Positions 9,184 to 18,657 of a DNA stretch of 64,000 nt are shown one piece after another (positions within the stretch are counted from its first letter, which is position 1; the number at the start of each line of letters is the position of its first letter). Made by a program: the position numbers and the translations under genes. This stretch comes from an uncultured Gammaproteobacteria bacterium (GTDB lineage: Bacteria; Patescibacteriota; Patescibacteriia; Magasanikbacterales; UBA922). Under the pieces are notes generated by a model. The model made no database searches and was not told the DNA's origin. It worked only from the letters and a program-made list of their open reading frames with translations. The stretch lies in contig CAZQXB010000001.1 of the NCBI GenBank assembly GCA_964597575.1, forward strand, positions 338,111 through 402,110, written 5' to 3'.

Positions 9184-10174
9184 TCGCCACACCGTAGAAC
9201 AATCGATCATGGAGAAGATTGCTGCTGGAGAAGTGAAACCCCGTTCGCGGTACATCTTTTTGGCTGAGCATGCAGCACTTGTTGTTGGATTTCTTTTTCT
9301 TCTTGTGGTAGCCGCACTTCTTTCGAGTATTGTTTTGTGGTACACCACATCGTCAGACATGTTTACCTTTTTAGCGTTCGGAAGAGAAGGGGTCCCTGCT
9401 TTTGTTGAATCACTCCCATATGCACTCATGATTGAAATAGTTTTGTGTGTCGTACTCGCGGCAGTGATTCTCCGGCATACCGACTGGTCCTACAAAAAAC
9501 CTCGTGGGTTTGTTATTTTTGCACTGGTTGGAGTTGTTTTTTTAGGAGGAAGCGCACTCGCTGCCACAAGTATTTCTGAGCGGGTGAATGCTCTTGCAGA
9601 AGCCACCCAAAAGAAGCATGAGTTTCTCCGTCCTTTTATTACCGAAGCGCCTGCGGTGCGCACTCGTGGTGTTACCGGCCGAGTGGCCGGAGTAGGGGAA
9701 GGATATGTAACGATTGAAACGGCAGCGGGCCCCATTGCGATCGATGTGGCGACTCTTCCGAATATGGGTTCAACCACTCTTATGCAAGGCGGGTATTTGA
9801 CGGTGGTTGGAAAGAATTCTGGCGAAGTATTTGAGGCTCGAAAAATCCGAATACTTGAGCAGAAAGAGGCGCCGGGGGTGCGACAGCGTGTTGAAGAACA
9901 TTTTGGCTTAGCAAACGATGAAACTTTTGTACAGAAAAGAGCTGTTATTCATCGAGAAAAGGGAAAGAAATATTGCCTGTTTACCTGTGAAAAAGAAAAA
10001 AAAGAGTTGTCGTACTGTGAAGAGTGGTGCGCGGCTCGGTTTCGTACAGGTCCTGAAGATTTGAAACCCTCGCCACTGCTCGAATCTGCTGAGGTTGCAC
10101 CAAGAGAGCGCTCCAGTCAAAAAGAAGAGCAACAAAACCGTAAAGGACCACCTCAATCTTCTTCATATGAGTGA
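9170..10174 (+). CDS. Membrane protein (3 TM plus OB-like domain), putative anti-sigma factor
   Basis: Overlaps the sigma stop codon; three hydrophobic segments; start MENDN at 9170. Confidence 0.65.
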   Translation: MENDNRHTVEQSIMEKIAAGEVKPRSRYIFLAEHAALVVGFLFLLVVAALLSSIVLWYTTSSDMFTFLAFGREGVPAFVESLPYALMIEIVLCVVLAAVILRHTDWSYKKPRGFVIFALVGVVFLGGSALAATSISERVNALAEATQKKHEFLRPFITEAPAVRTRGVTGRVAGVGEGYVTIETAAGPIAIDVATLPNMGSTTLMQGGYLTVVGKNSGEVFEARKIRILEQKEAPGVRQRVEEHFGLANDETFVQKRAVIHREKGKKYCLFTCEKEKKELSYCEEWCAARFRTGPEDLKPSPLLESAEVAPRERSSQKEEQQNRKGPPQSSSYE

Positions 10175-10185
10175 GGAATAAAAAG

Positions 10186-10215
10186 TGAAATATTCATTGC
10201 GCTTCCTTTGTAGTA
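10186..10215 (+). promoter_or_regulatory. Candidate ECF-dependent promoter
   Basis: TGAAATA-N16-TGTAGTA. Confidence 0.6.
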
Positions 10216-10266
10216 TATATAGATCTAGATCATACCACTGTTTCGCTTACTCTTAACTCAATATGT

Positions 10267-10725
10267 ATGAAAAAAGGTTATATTCTTATACCAGCGTTTG
10301 CGCTTGTGGCACTTTTTGCTGGAGGCACTGCATCTGCTCATGGTGGATTTGGCGGTGGCAGCTTCGGTTTTGGGTTCGGTCTTGATGCTGACACCCGCGT
10401 AAAGATGTTTGAAGAACAAATGGTGAAGCAGTCCACACTTCTTGGAATCACTGTAAGCGATATGAAGGCGGCATGGGCTGAAGGAAAATCAGTGGCTGAA
10501 ATTGCTAAAGAAAAAAATATCTCTGAAGCAGATTTGCGTGCTCGAAGACAGGCACAGCAAGAAGCGGAAATGAAAACCTGGTTGCAACTTCTTGTCACAA
10601 AGGGGCAAATTACCCAAGCTCAGGCAGATGCCCGTTTAACTTTTTGGAAAGAACACGCTGAAAAACGGGTTCTCAATATGCAAAAAAAAGTCCAAAATCG
10701 TCTCGAAAAAAACAAGCACTCTTAG
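10267..10725 (+). CDS. Secreted helical protein
   Basis: Signal peptide ending ASA, Gly-rich linker, GKSVAEIAKEKNIS and LVTKGQITQAQAD helical motifs. Confidence 0.8.
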   Translation: MKKGYILIPAFALVALFAGGTASAHGGFGGGSFGFGFGLDADTRVKMFEEQMVKQSTLLGITVSDMKAAWAEGKSVAEIAKEKNISEADLRARRQAQQEAEMKTWLQLLVTKGQITQAQADARLTFWKEHAEKRVLNMQKKVQNRLEKNKHS

Positions 10726-10796
10726 GAGTGCAGGCTGGGGTTAGTCTGAACAACTAACCAAGAGTCTAAAATACAGTGGCATACTCGTTCATACTG

Positions 10797-10829
10797 TAAA
10801 GAAGTCCCTAGAGAGGGACTTCTTTATTT
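10797..10829 (+). terminator. Intrinsic terminator
   Basis: TAAAGAAGTCCCT-AGAG-AGGGACTTCTTTA. Confidence 0.8.
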
Positions 10830-10858
10830 GGTATAGTAGCCGTACGACTTACCTGTCT

Positions 10859-12934
10859 ATGCCTCTTTTGCTTGAAGCCGCGGTTACTGCTTTACCAGGG
10901 GTGGGAAAAACGCTCGCTCGACGCTTGCAGGTTTTAGGTATTCAGACAGTGCGAGATGTGCTGTTTCACCTCCCTTTTCGCTATGATGATTTGCGACAAA
11001 CAAAAAAGATCGCCGATTTAGTCGTGGGTGAGCGCGTAACCGTGAAGGCAACCATAGAGCTTATTGCGGCAAAGCGGAGTCCTCGGAAACGACTCCTTAT
11101 TACCGAAGCGATTGCGTCCGACGAAACCGGAAGGCTACGAATCGTTTGGTTCGGACAGCCCTATATTGCGAAAACCTTGAGTGCTGGAGACACCGTACTC
11201 CTTGCCGGAGCTGTGTCACGGGATATGCTCGGAACCGTGTTTCAGAGCCCGACATTCGAAAAAGAACAAAAAATACCTACGCATACAGCAAGGCTTTTGC
11301 CGGTGTACCCGGCTGGCAGTGGGCTCACGCAAAAACAAATTCGTCTCATCGTTCAGTCGGCACTTCCGGCTCTCCACGAGATCAAAGAAATTTTACCCCC
11401 CTTTGTGCTTACGCGCGCAAAAGTGTTACCGATGCGCGAAGCACTCTACGCCATCCATGATCCGAAAGATCCGAACATGGCCAATCAGGGGCTGAGGCGA
11501 CTTAAGTTCAATGAACTATTTTTACTTCAACTTCGGGCGGAAGATATTCGCCGTACTCTTTTGCAGGGAAAAGCCGCGTCTATTCCATTTCCAGAAAAGG
11601 AAGTAAAGTCGTTTGTAGAGCATTTACCATTTACCCTAACAAATGATCAGCGCGTGGCTGCCTGGGAGATTTTTCAAGATTTAGAAAGTGACAAGCCGAT
11701 GAATAGGCTCCTCCAGGGGGATGTAGGTTCTGGAAAAACCGTTATTGCGGCCATGGCACTTCTGGCGGCAACGCATGCAAAATATCAGGGGGCGCTTATG
11801 GCTCCGACAGATATTTTAGCGAAACAACATGCCGGCACCCTTTTCTCTCTTTTTGGTTCACGAGTTCGACTCGGACTCTATACCCGCACGAGTTGTGAGT
11901 TTATGGGGCAGGAAATCGCGGAAAAAAGTACTGCGGCTAAACGCCGTGCTTTTCTCGAGATGGTAAGAAAAGGAGAGATTGATGTGGTTGTGGGAACGCA
12001 TGCGCTTTTGACAGAGCGGATTACTTTTCAGGCCCTTGCGCTCGCTGTCGTTGATGAACAGCATCGCTTTGGGGTAACCCAACGAAAGCTTCTGAAAGAG
12101 GCTGCTGGGGCACTGCAACGAGAGCCACACTTTCTCAGTATGACCGCAACGCCTATTCCTCGTACGCTCGCACTTGCGGTATATGGTGATTTGGATTTGT
12201 CATTTTTAAAAAACAAACCCGCAGATCGAAAACCAATTATAACGAAACTCGTCGAGCCAAGAAATCGTGAACAGGCCAATGCTTTTTTAAGAAAGGAAAT
12301 TCAATCGGGTCGGCAGGTGTTTGTGATATGCCCTATGATTGAAGAGCAAAATGGTGGAGATGAGAAAAAGACTGTGCTTGCGGAGTATGCCAGGTTATCG
12401 AAAGAAATCTTTCCTGATCTGCGAGTGGGGTATGTGCACGGCAAAATGCCCGTCAAAGAAAAAGATGCTTCAATGCAAAAATTTGCTTCTGGAGAGGTTG
12501 ATATTTTGGTCGCAACCTCCGTCGTAGAAGTGGGAGTAAATATTCCAAATGCGAGTGTTATGGTTATTGAAAATGCTGAACGATTTGGTTTAGCCCAACT
12601 CCATCAATTTCGCGGACGAGTGGGTCGGAGTTCGCACCAGTCGTATTGTTTCTTGTTTCCCGGAGACACAAGTCAAAAAGCAAATAAACGTCTTGAATTA
12701 TTTGCCTCAACGAACGATGGATTTCGTTTGGCCGAGTACGATTTAGAAGAACGCGGCCCAGGGGAAGTATACGGGAAAGCGCAGAGCGGGCTTATGGAAT
12801 TAACACTCGCGACATTAAAAGATACAGACCTTGTGGTGCTCGCTCGTGAGCTTGCGAAAACCATTGATCCTCATGAATATCCGATTCTTAAAAAAGAGCT
12901 CATGATTACTCGTGAGCGCGTTCACCTTGAATAA
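10859..12934 (+). CDS. recG: ATP-dependent DNA helicase RecG
   Basis: RLLQGDVGSGKT, DEQHRFG, MTATPIPRTL, AQLHQFRGRVGR. Confidence 0.97.
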   Translation: MPLLLEAAVTALPGVGKTLARRLQVLGIQTVRDVLFHLPFRYDDLRQTKKIADLVVGERVTVKATIELIAAKRSPRKRLLITEAIASDETGRLRIVWFGQPYIAKTLSAGDTVLLAGAVSRDMLGTVFQSPTFEKEQKIPTHTARLLPVYPAGSGLTQKQIRLIVQSALPALHEIKEILPPFVLTRAKVLPMREALYAIHDPKDPNMANQGLRRLKFNELFLLQLRAEDIRRTLLQGKAASIPFPEKEVKSFVEHLPFTLTNDQRVAAWEIFQDLESDKPMNRLLQGDVGSGKTVIAAMALLAATHAKYQGALMAPTDILAKQHAGTLFSLFGSRVRLGLYTRTSCEFMGQEIAEKSTAAKRRAFLEMVRKGEIDVVVGTHALLTERITFQALALAVVDEQHRFGVTQRKLLKEAAGALQREPHFLSMTATPIPRTLALAVYGDLDLSFLKNKPADRKPIITKLVEPRNREQANAFLRKEIQSGRQVFVICPMIEEQNGGDEKKTVLAEYARLSKEIFPDLRVGYVHGKMPVKEKDASMQKFASGEVDILVATSVVEVGVNIPNASVMVIENAERFGLAQLHQFRGRVGRSSHQSYCFLFPGDTSQKANKRLELFASTNDGFRLAEYDLEERGPGEVYGKAQSGLMELTLATLKDTDLVVLARELAKTIDPHEYPILKKELMITRERVHLE

Positions 12935-12940
12935 AATATA

Positions 12941-14296
12941 TTAGGCGTGGCGGATAAGATCACTCATTGAACCGACCGGTAAAACCGTCAGTCCGGAAAT
13001 GGGTTTCGTTGGTGCCGCACTTTTTGGGGTAATAACTCGAGTCATTTTTAAATTCAAACATTCTTTGAGGCGTTTCTCTGCTTGGCGGACACTTCGTACT
13101 TCGCCACCCAAGCCAACCTCGCCAAATACTGCCATGTCATTGCCGAGTGCTTTGTCTTTGTATGCGCTCGCGACGGCGAGTGCGACTGCCAGGTCGGCTG
13201 CAGGTTCAGATGCTTTAATACCCCCAACCACATTTACATGAACATCGTATTGGCCAAGGGGAAGCCCGGCCCGGCGCTCCAGCACTGCAAGGAGCATGTG
13301 GAGACGGTTCACATCAAAACCGCTCGCTTTTCTTACGGGGTAGCCGAACATGGTTTTAGTCACCAAGGCCTGAATTTCTACAAGAAGGGGACGTGTACCT
13401 TCGAGTAAACAGGTAATGACTGACCCCGGCACGCTTTCTCCGCGTTCTTTCATCATGGCAAGGGAGGGGTTGGTTACTTCTTTTAATCCAAGTTCCGTCA
13501 TGTCGAACATCCCCACTTCATCAGTTGAGCCAAAACGGTTTTTCACTGCACGCAAGATACGCATATTGTGGTGGCGGTCGCCCTCAAGATAGAGAACCGT
13601 ATCTACTAAGTGTTCTAATGTTTTTGGTCCAGCCACATTCCCGTCTTTCGTCACATGTCCAATAAGAATAACGGTTGTACCAGAATGTTTAGCTGCGGTA
13701 AGGAGTTGGACGGTTGCGGCGCGTACCTGTGTAATATTTCCGGGTTCGCCAGGCACTTTATCGGAAAAGAGGGTTTGAATAGAATCGACAATAGCGAGAG
13801 GCGGCTTGGTTTGGCGAATCGTTTCAGCAATGGCTTCAACCATGGTGGCGTTTCCCAGTTGAATATCCTTTGTACCAAGCCCCAGGCGGTGAGCGCGGAG
13901 GGTTATTTGTTCTACAGATTCTTCTCCAGAAATATATACTGTTTTTGGAATAAGGCTGGCAAGTTGAAGAGAGAGTGTGGATTTTCCAATGCCAGGTTCA
14001 CCGCCCAAAAGAAGGAGACTTCCTGGTACAAATCCACCGCCAAGAACACGATCAAGCTCCTGTAGGTTGGTCGTGAGTCGCGCTGCTGCGTCTTGTTGTA
14101 TGTCTTTTAGTGCCGTAACTGGAACTGTGGGGTAGCTACCTTGACCGCTATCACGTGTCTGAAGGTTCATCGGAACCGCTTCTTCGGTGACTGATCCCCA
14201 TTCTCCGCACTCTAAACAGCGCCCAGTCCATTTTTGGAACTGAGCGCCGCATTTACTACAGGCGAATATGGATTTGGGAATTTTTTTGGCGGCCAT
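12941..14296 (-). CDS. radA: DNA repair protein RadA/Sms
   Basis: N-terminal C4 zinc finger, GEPGIGKST, KNRFG, Lon-like C-terminus. Confidence 0.97.
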   Translation of the reverse strand: MAAKKIPKSIFACSKCGAQFQKWTGRCLECGEWGSVTEEAVPMNLQTRDSGQGSYPTVPVTALKDIQQDAAARLTTNLQELDRVLGGGFVPGSLLLLGGEPGIGKSTLSLQLASLIPKTVYISGEESVEQITLRAHRLGLGTKDIQLGNATMVEAIAETIRQTKPPLAIVDSIQTLFSDKVPGEPGNITQVRAATVQLLTAAKHSGTTVILIGHVTKDGNVAGPKTLEHLVDTVLYLEGDRHHNMRILRAVKNRFGSTDEVGMFDMTELGLKEVTNPSLAMMKERGESVPGSVITCLLEGTRPLLVEIQALVTKTMFGYPVRKASGFDVNRLHMLLAVLERRAGLPLGQYDVHVNVVGGIKASEPAADLAVALAVASAYKDKALGNDMAVFGEVGLGGEVRSVRQAEKRLKECLNLKMTRVITPKSAAPTKPISGLTVLPVGSMSDLIRHA

Positions 14297-14311
14297 ACCT
14301 GATGATGAGAA

Positions 14312-15580
14312 TTACCGTGCGCAAGGTGGAGGAGTATTGTCTCGGTATATTCCACCATTAGTATTTTGGTAAAATTCGTAAATCAGTCGACACACTTGCC
14401 CGGTATCGCACGTTCTCATGTTTCTAAGAGCATAATTGAATGCCCCCGTTCCTCCGTGATGGCCAACATATGCCAGATAGTAGACAGACTCTGGGGTACA
14501 GGTGTTTCCAAACGTTCGTTGAATTTTTTGTAAATTCATACGCAGGTAGCCTGTCCCAACCATGGTGCTCACTTCAGCGTTTTTAAGCGACTCATGAGCT
14601 GGGTTTCTCGCTGCACTACAGCCTTTTCCACGAATAATTCCCCCTCTGGTGCAATAGTCAGATAACCGTGCTCCAACGGCTTCGAAGCAACTATTCCTTT
14701 TGGTCTGAAACAGACCGGCGTAACAGCTCTCTTTGTTGACTGCATTTGGATTTTCTCGCGATTCTACCTGGGCGATTGCCTTCAGTAGGCGATAGTCAGC
14801 CGTCAGACAGTTAGCGTACTTCTTCAGAAGGTCCTCATCGTACGATTGTTGTGGCTCTCCATTTTTTCCGATTAAACCCGGGTTATCGAGTGGGCAGGCA
14901 TTAGAATCGATTGGTTTATTCAGTTGGGCACCGGCGGCATATTGGGCAGCGCGTAAGGCACCGTTATGATTTTCTTGAGCGATATCTGAGGCTGTCCATT
15001 TTCTATCACTGTTAGGGTTGGCTGTGATTTTACTTCGTATTGGAGATGCAACAGACTCATCGAGCGGAGGACCATGATAATCAAATTCGATTTCGCTTTC
15101 GTTAATATAGGGAATTGCCAAGGCTCGAAAACGCACCAATTCTGGGTTAATGGCGTATAAAAGAGAGTAAGAGCCCAGAACTAAAAGGAGGCCAGTTACG
15201 GCGTTCGTAATTCTTCCTTTGGCTTGACTAATCGTATCCGGGCTTCCACCAGAAATACTCCACTGAAAACCGCTGATGATAATAATGATGACGGCTACAA
15301 CACCCGAGATGCCGACAGCATAGCGATATATGGCTGCCAAGTATTCCGCAAGAAACGGAATTTGGAGAAATAACTGCCCGTCACCATTTTTTTCAGAACT
15401 TTGTTTCAGAATACTTTCGTCAGTCGTGAACTGAAGTCCGGGGATGGCAATGTTTGGGTCTGGAACAATAAAATCAACATTGTCCGCTACATTGTCTTGT
15501 GCGAAAAGCGCTGTTGGTAAAAAAAGCGTACAGGTGCTGAGGATGCAAAGGGTAAATAGAATTTGACGAAAGCGAGGCAT
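14312..15580 (-). CDS. Pilin-like (TrbC/VirB2-like 2-TM) protein fused to a lytic transglycosylase (SLT) domain
   Basis: Signal peptide; TM-GFQWSISGGS-AKGRITNAVTGL-TM-INPEL; LLKAIAQVES...AGLFQ SLT motifs. Confidence 0.8.
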   Translation of the reverse strand: MPRFRQILFTLCILSTCTLFLPTALFAQDNVADNVDFIVPDPNIAIPGLQFTTDESILKQSSEKNGDGQLFLQIPFLAEYLAAIYRYAVGISGVVAVIIIIISGFQWSISGGSPDTISQAKGRITNAVTGLLLVLGSYSLLYAINPELVRFRALAIPYINESEIEFDYHGPPLDESVASPIRSKITANPNSDRKWTASDIAQENHNGALRAAQYAAGAQLNKPIDSNACPLDNPGLIGKNGEPQQSYDEDLLKKYANCLTADYRLLKAIAQVESRENPNAVNKESCYAGLFQTKRNSCFEAVGARLSDYCTRGGIIRGKGCSAARNPAHESLKNAEVSTMVGTGYLRMNLQKIQRTFGNTCTPESVYYLAYVGHHGGTGAFNYALRNMRTCDTGQVCRLIYEFYQNTNGGIYRDNTPPPCAR

Positions 15581-15586
15581 ACGAAA

Positions 15587-16732
15587 TCAAGGAGATTGTG
15601 GTGCGCGACGGATCCAAGTAAACGGATATGGGTTTCTTCTAATTTTGGCAAAATCAGCAAAGTTTTTTATCTTTGGATTAGCGTTTGGCTGGCGACCCCC
15701 GTCTCCTCCGGCTGCCTCAATCGTTTTTCCATCGCCGATGTACATGATGACGTGGCCAATCGTTTTTCCAGCGTCTCCCGCTTTCCATCCGAGTAAGTCT
15801 CCGGGTTGGAGCGCTCTTCCGTTTACCGTGTTTGTTTCATAATTAATCGAAGGGGTGCCGTCAGAGAGGTTTGGTTCGATTCTTTCTGATTGTGAACCAA
15901 ATATGTTCGCTGTTCCGCCGGGTAATGCGGGAAGTCCTGCACAATCGTATACATATGCTAGCATGCCTGAGCAGTCAAAACAAATATTTCCCTCCGGGCA
16001 GTAGTTGTTGTACTTCGTATATGCCGAATTGGTTTCAGAGTAGGGAGGAGGGCCACCCTTTCCGCCAAAACGATAGGCTACATGACCCTCAAGACTTTTT
16101 ATGATTTGTGGGACGGCTTCAATTCCCCCGGTTTTAGGGCAGAAGAGAGTGGTAGCAAGACCTTGTTCCCTCAAAAAATTTTCATTCGTTACGCGGGAAA
16201 CGATCGGGCGATTACTGTCGCCGCCTTCTTGGTACTCTAAATTTTTAGTAAGGATGTAGGGCACTTCAAGTGCGTAAAATCGAACCAGGTTTGGATTGAT
16301 CGCGTAGAGAATGCTGTAGGACCCTAAAAGGATAATGAGACCGGTAATTCCGTTGGTGATTCTTTTTTTTGCACCACTAATCGTTTCCGGGCTTCCTCCT
16401 GAGGCTGCCCACTGAAACCCGCCAAGAATGATTACGATAACGGCTATGATTCCGGAAATCCCAAGGGCATAGCGGTATATCCCGCGAATATATTCTCCTA
16501 AGAAGGGGATTTGAAGGATAATTCTACCGTCACGTGCATGGCGCTCGGCTGCCCTGCGTTTTATTTCAGCAGCCTCAGTAAACGAGATGCCAGGAATGTT
16601 AATATTCGGATCCGGCGTTATAATTGTAACATCGTCTACGGGGTTGCCGCTTTGGGCAATTCCCGCTTGTGGCAAAATAATTCCGGTAAGAAGAATGATG
16701 CTATAAAGAAAAGGGGAGAATATTTTTTTCAT
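15587..16732 (-). CDS. Pilin-like protein fused to an NlpC/P60 endopeptidase
   Basis: Same pilin-like N-region as the neighbouring gene; YRFGG, FDCSG, LQPGDLL, GHVIMYIGDG. ATG 16732. Confidence 0.85.
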   Translation of the reverse strand: MKKIFSPFLYSIILLTGIILPQAGIAQSGNPVDDVTIITPDPNINIPGISFTEAAEIKRRAAERHARDGRIILQIPFLGEYIRGIYRYALGISGIIAVIVIILGGFQWAASGGSPETISGAKKRITNGITGLIILLGSYSILYAINPNLVRFYALEVPYILTKNLEYQEGGDSNRPIVSRVTNENFLREQGLATTLFCPKTGGIEAVPQIIKSLEGHVAYRFGGKGGPPPYSETNSAYTKYNNYCPEGNICFDCSGMLAYVYDCAGLPALPGGTANIFGSQSERIEPNLSDGTPSINYETNTVNGRALQPGDLLGWKAGDAGKTIGHVIMYIGDGKTIEAAGGDGGRQPNANPKIKNFADFAKIRRNPYPFTWIRRAPQSP

Positions 16733-16739
16733 AGCAACG

Positions 16740-17384
16740 TTATAAACCGAGCAATGCCTCCCACCCTTCAATGGTTCGGGGGGTTTCAACTTGTTTGTTA
16801 TCGATAAAGAGCGTTGGTACTTCCTGTATACGGAGTGCGGTTGCAATTTGTTTGGTGGTGTCAAGTTCGCTTTGAACAGATGCACTCGTGGCGCATGCGG
16901 TGATTCTTTCCGCATTCAGCCCTGCTGCCACCACAGCCGCACTAATTGCTTCTTCAGAGACATTGTTTCCATTTTCAAAAATCGCTCGGGTATACAATTC
17001 AAATTTTCCTTGTTTTGCAGCACATAGGCCGTAGAGGTGTGCCTGGTCTGAGGGGGTTGGAATTCGAACCACCGGTAAGCTCTTCCAAATCATTTTTATT
17101 TTTCCAGGATGTTTGTTGAGTACAAGCCAAAACATTTGCATGCTTTCAGCGCATGCGGCACAGCCAAAATCTTCAAATGCAACAATTGTTTTGAGTGCGC
17201 GTTTGTCACCGATCACTGGGTCAAATGGAAGAATGGGAATGGCCACTTCAGTGCGATTCTCTTCGCCTGTATATTCATCCTCTGGATAGAGGGGTTCATA
17301 CTGACTGATGCGAAAGGCTAAAACACCAAGAGCAATGAGAATGGCAGGGCCAAAAGTAAAGAGAAGTTGTTTGTTCGTGATCAT
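16740..17384 (-). CDS. Membrane-anchored DsbA-family thiol-disulfide oxidoreductase
   Basis: FEDFGCAAC (CxxC), EVPTLFID cis-Pro loop, N-terminal TM. Confidence 0.85.
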   Translation of the reverse strand: MITNKQLLFTFGPAILIALGVLAFRISQYEPLYPEDEYTGEENRTEVAIPILPFDPVIGDKRALKTIVAFEDFGCAACAESMQMFWLVLNKHPGKIKMIWKSLPVVRIPTPSDQAHLYGLCAAKQGKFELYTRAIFENGNNVSEEAISAAVVAAGLNAERITACATSASVQSELDTTKQIATALRIQEVPTLFIDNKQVETPRTIEGWEALLGL

Positions 17385-18613
17385 AGGGAAACACGGAAGA
17401 TACCGTCTTGATTTTTATCAGTAAAGTACACGGCGTTTTCGGTTTCGTTTACGGTGATTGTGTCGATGGTGTGGGTTTCTTCAAGGGTAATTTCCGTCTG
17501 GATACCTGTTTGTATGTCAATTCGAACGAGCCGATCAGGAACCGTTGAGGCAATTGCTGGGGCAAGCCCAGCGCCGGTTTCGAGCTCGGTTGGTACGCCA
17601 CAGTACAGGAATCGTTCGCTTTGAAATGAGCATTTCGACGCCCAGGTGTTAATATTGAGGGCACTTCTATTTTCTCCTAAACTCTCGATATTTCCATCAA
17701 CAACCCAGAGTTCGGGCTTAAAGTCTGAGCGTCCAGAGTACACGCTATAGAGAAGTTTGTTTCCTTGAGGAGACCACTTTGTTTCAAGTCCGCGACCCTC
17801 CACAATGGTCGAAGGAAAATTTTCATTTCGTTCTCCCAAGAAGAGGACTTCTTGGCGGTCAGCGCCTAATTGGTCGCCGGTTCGGGCAATGCCCACAATT
17901 TGTCGATTCGGTGACCAGTCCACAATAACTTTGTCTGCATTTGCCCCAAGAGGGAGAACCGCTGTTACGCCAGTACCGTCAGGGTTCGCGGTTACAAGAA
18001 AGCGATTTTCTTCCGAATATCCAATACTTTTTGCAATAATTTTTTCTCCTCCTGGGGAGAAAGCAAAATCAGTCCATTGTTTTGGTAGAGTGACTTGGCG
18101 TTTGGTGTCAAAATTGTAATAAATATTTGAGCCATCAGGGTATTCCATGATCGATTCATTTGTTTTTGATGACCAAGCCACATCTTGGACGTTATAAAAA
18201 ACTTGATCAGAGAGTGCCGCGAGTGTTCCATTCGGAAGAGCGCGGTAAAATTGCCCGTTGGTTTTATTGTAAAAATGAACACCGCCCCCAGATACTTTCG
18301 TCGTGCCTAGAGCAGGGTCTATGACAATTTTTTCTTCCCTTGGTGTGTCGGTCGTTCTTCCTCCAACCGGAACAGGTGTGGGTGTGCCTGGAGAAACAGG
18401 CAGAGGGGCGACTCCGGTTCCTGGTGTTCGACCGGTTGTAGTACCCGTGCCCGCCTGGGGTAACCCTCCGGGTGAAACAGGCTCTACAATGCCCGGCGGG
18501 GAAACAGGGGCAAGTTTTGATTTAAAAAATACCCGATACAGTGCGTACCCAAGAATAATTACCGCGAGAACAAATACGGCGGCAAAGGCAATGCGTTTTT
18601 GTTGGTCATCCAT
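17381..18613 (-). CDS. Membrane-anchored beta-propeller (TolB/WD40-like) protein
   Basis: TM, Pro/Thr/Gly linker, repeated WS/FSP motifs. Confidence 0.75.
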   Translation of the reverse strand: MDDQQKRIAFAAVFVLAVIILGYALYRVFFKSKLAPVSPPGIVEPVSPGGLPQAGTGTTTGRTPGTGVAPLPVSPGTPTPVPVGGRTTDTPREEKIVIDPALGTTKVSGGGVHFYNKTNGQFYRALPNGTLAALSDQVFYNVQDVAWSSKTNESIMEYPDGSNIYYNFDTKRQVTLPKQWTDFAFSPGGEKIIAKSIGYSEENRFLVTANPDGTGVTAVLPLGANADKVIVDWSPNRQIVGIARTGDQLGADRQEVLFLGERNENFPSTIVEGRGLETKWSPQGNKLLYSVYSGRSDFKPELWVVDGNIESLGENRSALNINTWASKCSFQSERFLYCGVPTELETGAGLAPAIASTVPDRLVRIDIQTGIQTEITLEETHTIDTITVNETENAVYFTDKNQDGIFRVSL

Positions 18614-18657
18614 AGAAAGAAAGTTACACGGGTAAGGGTTGGTATATAAAATTTCTT

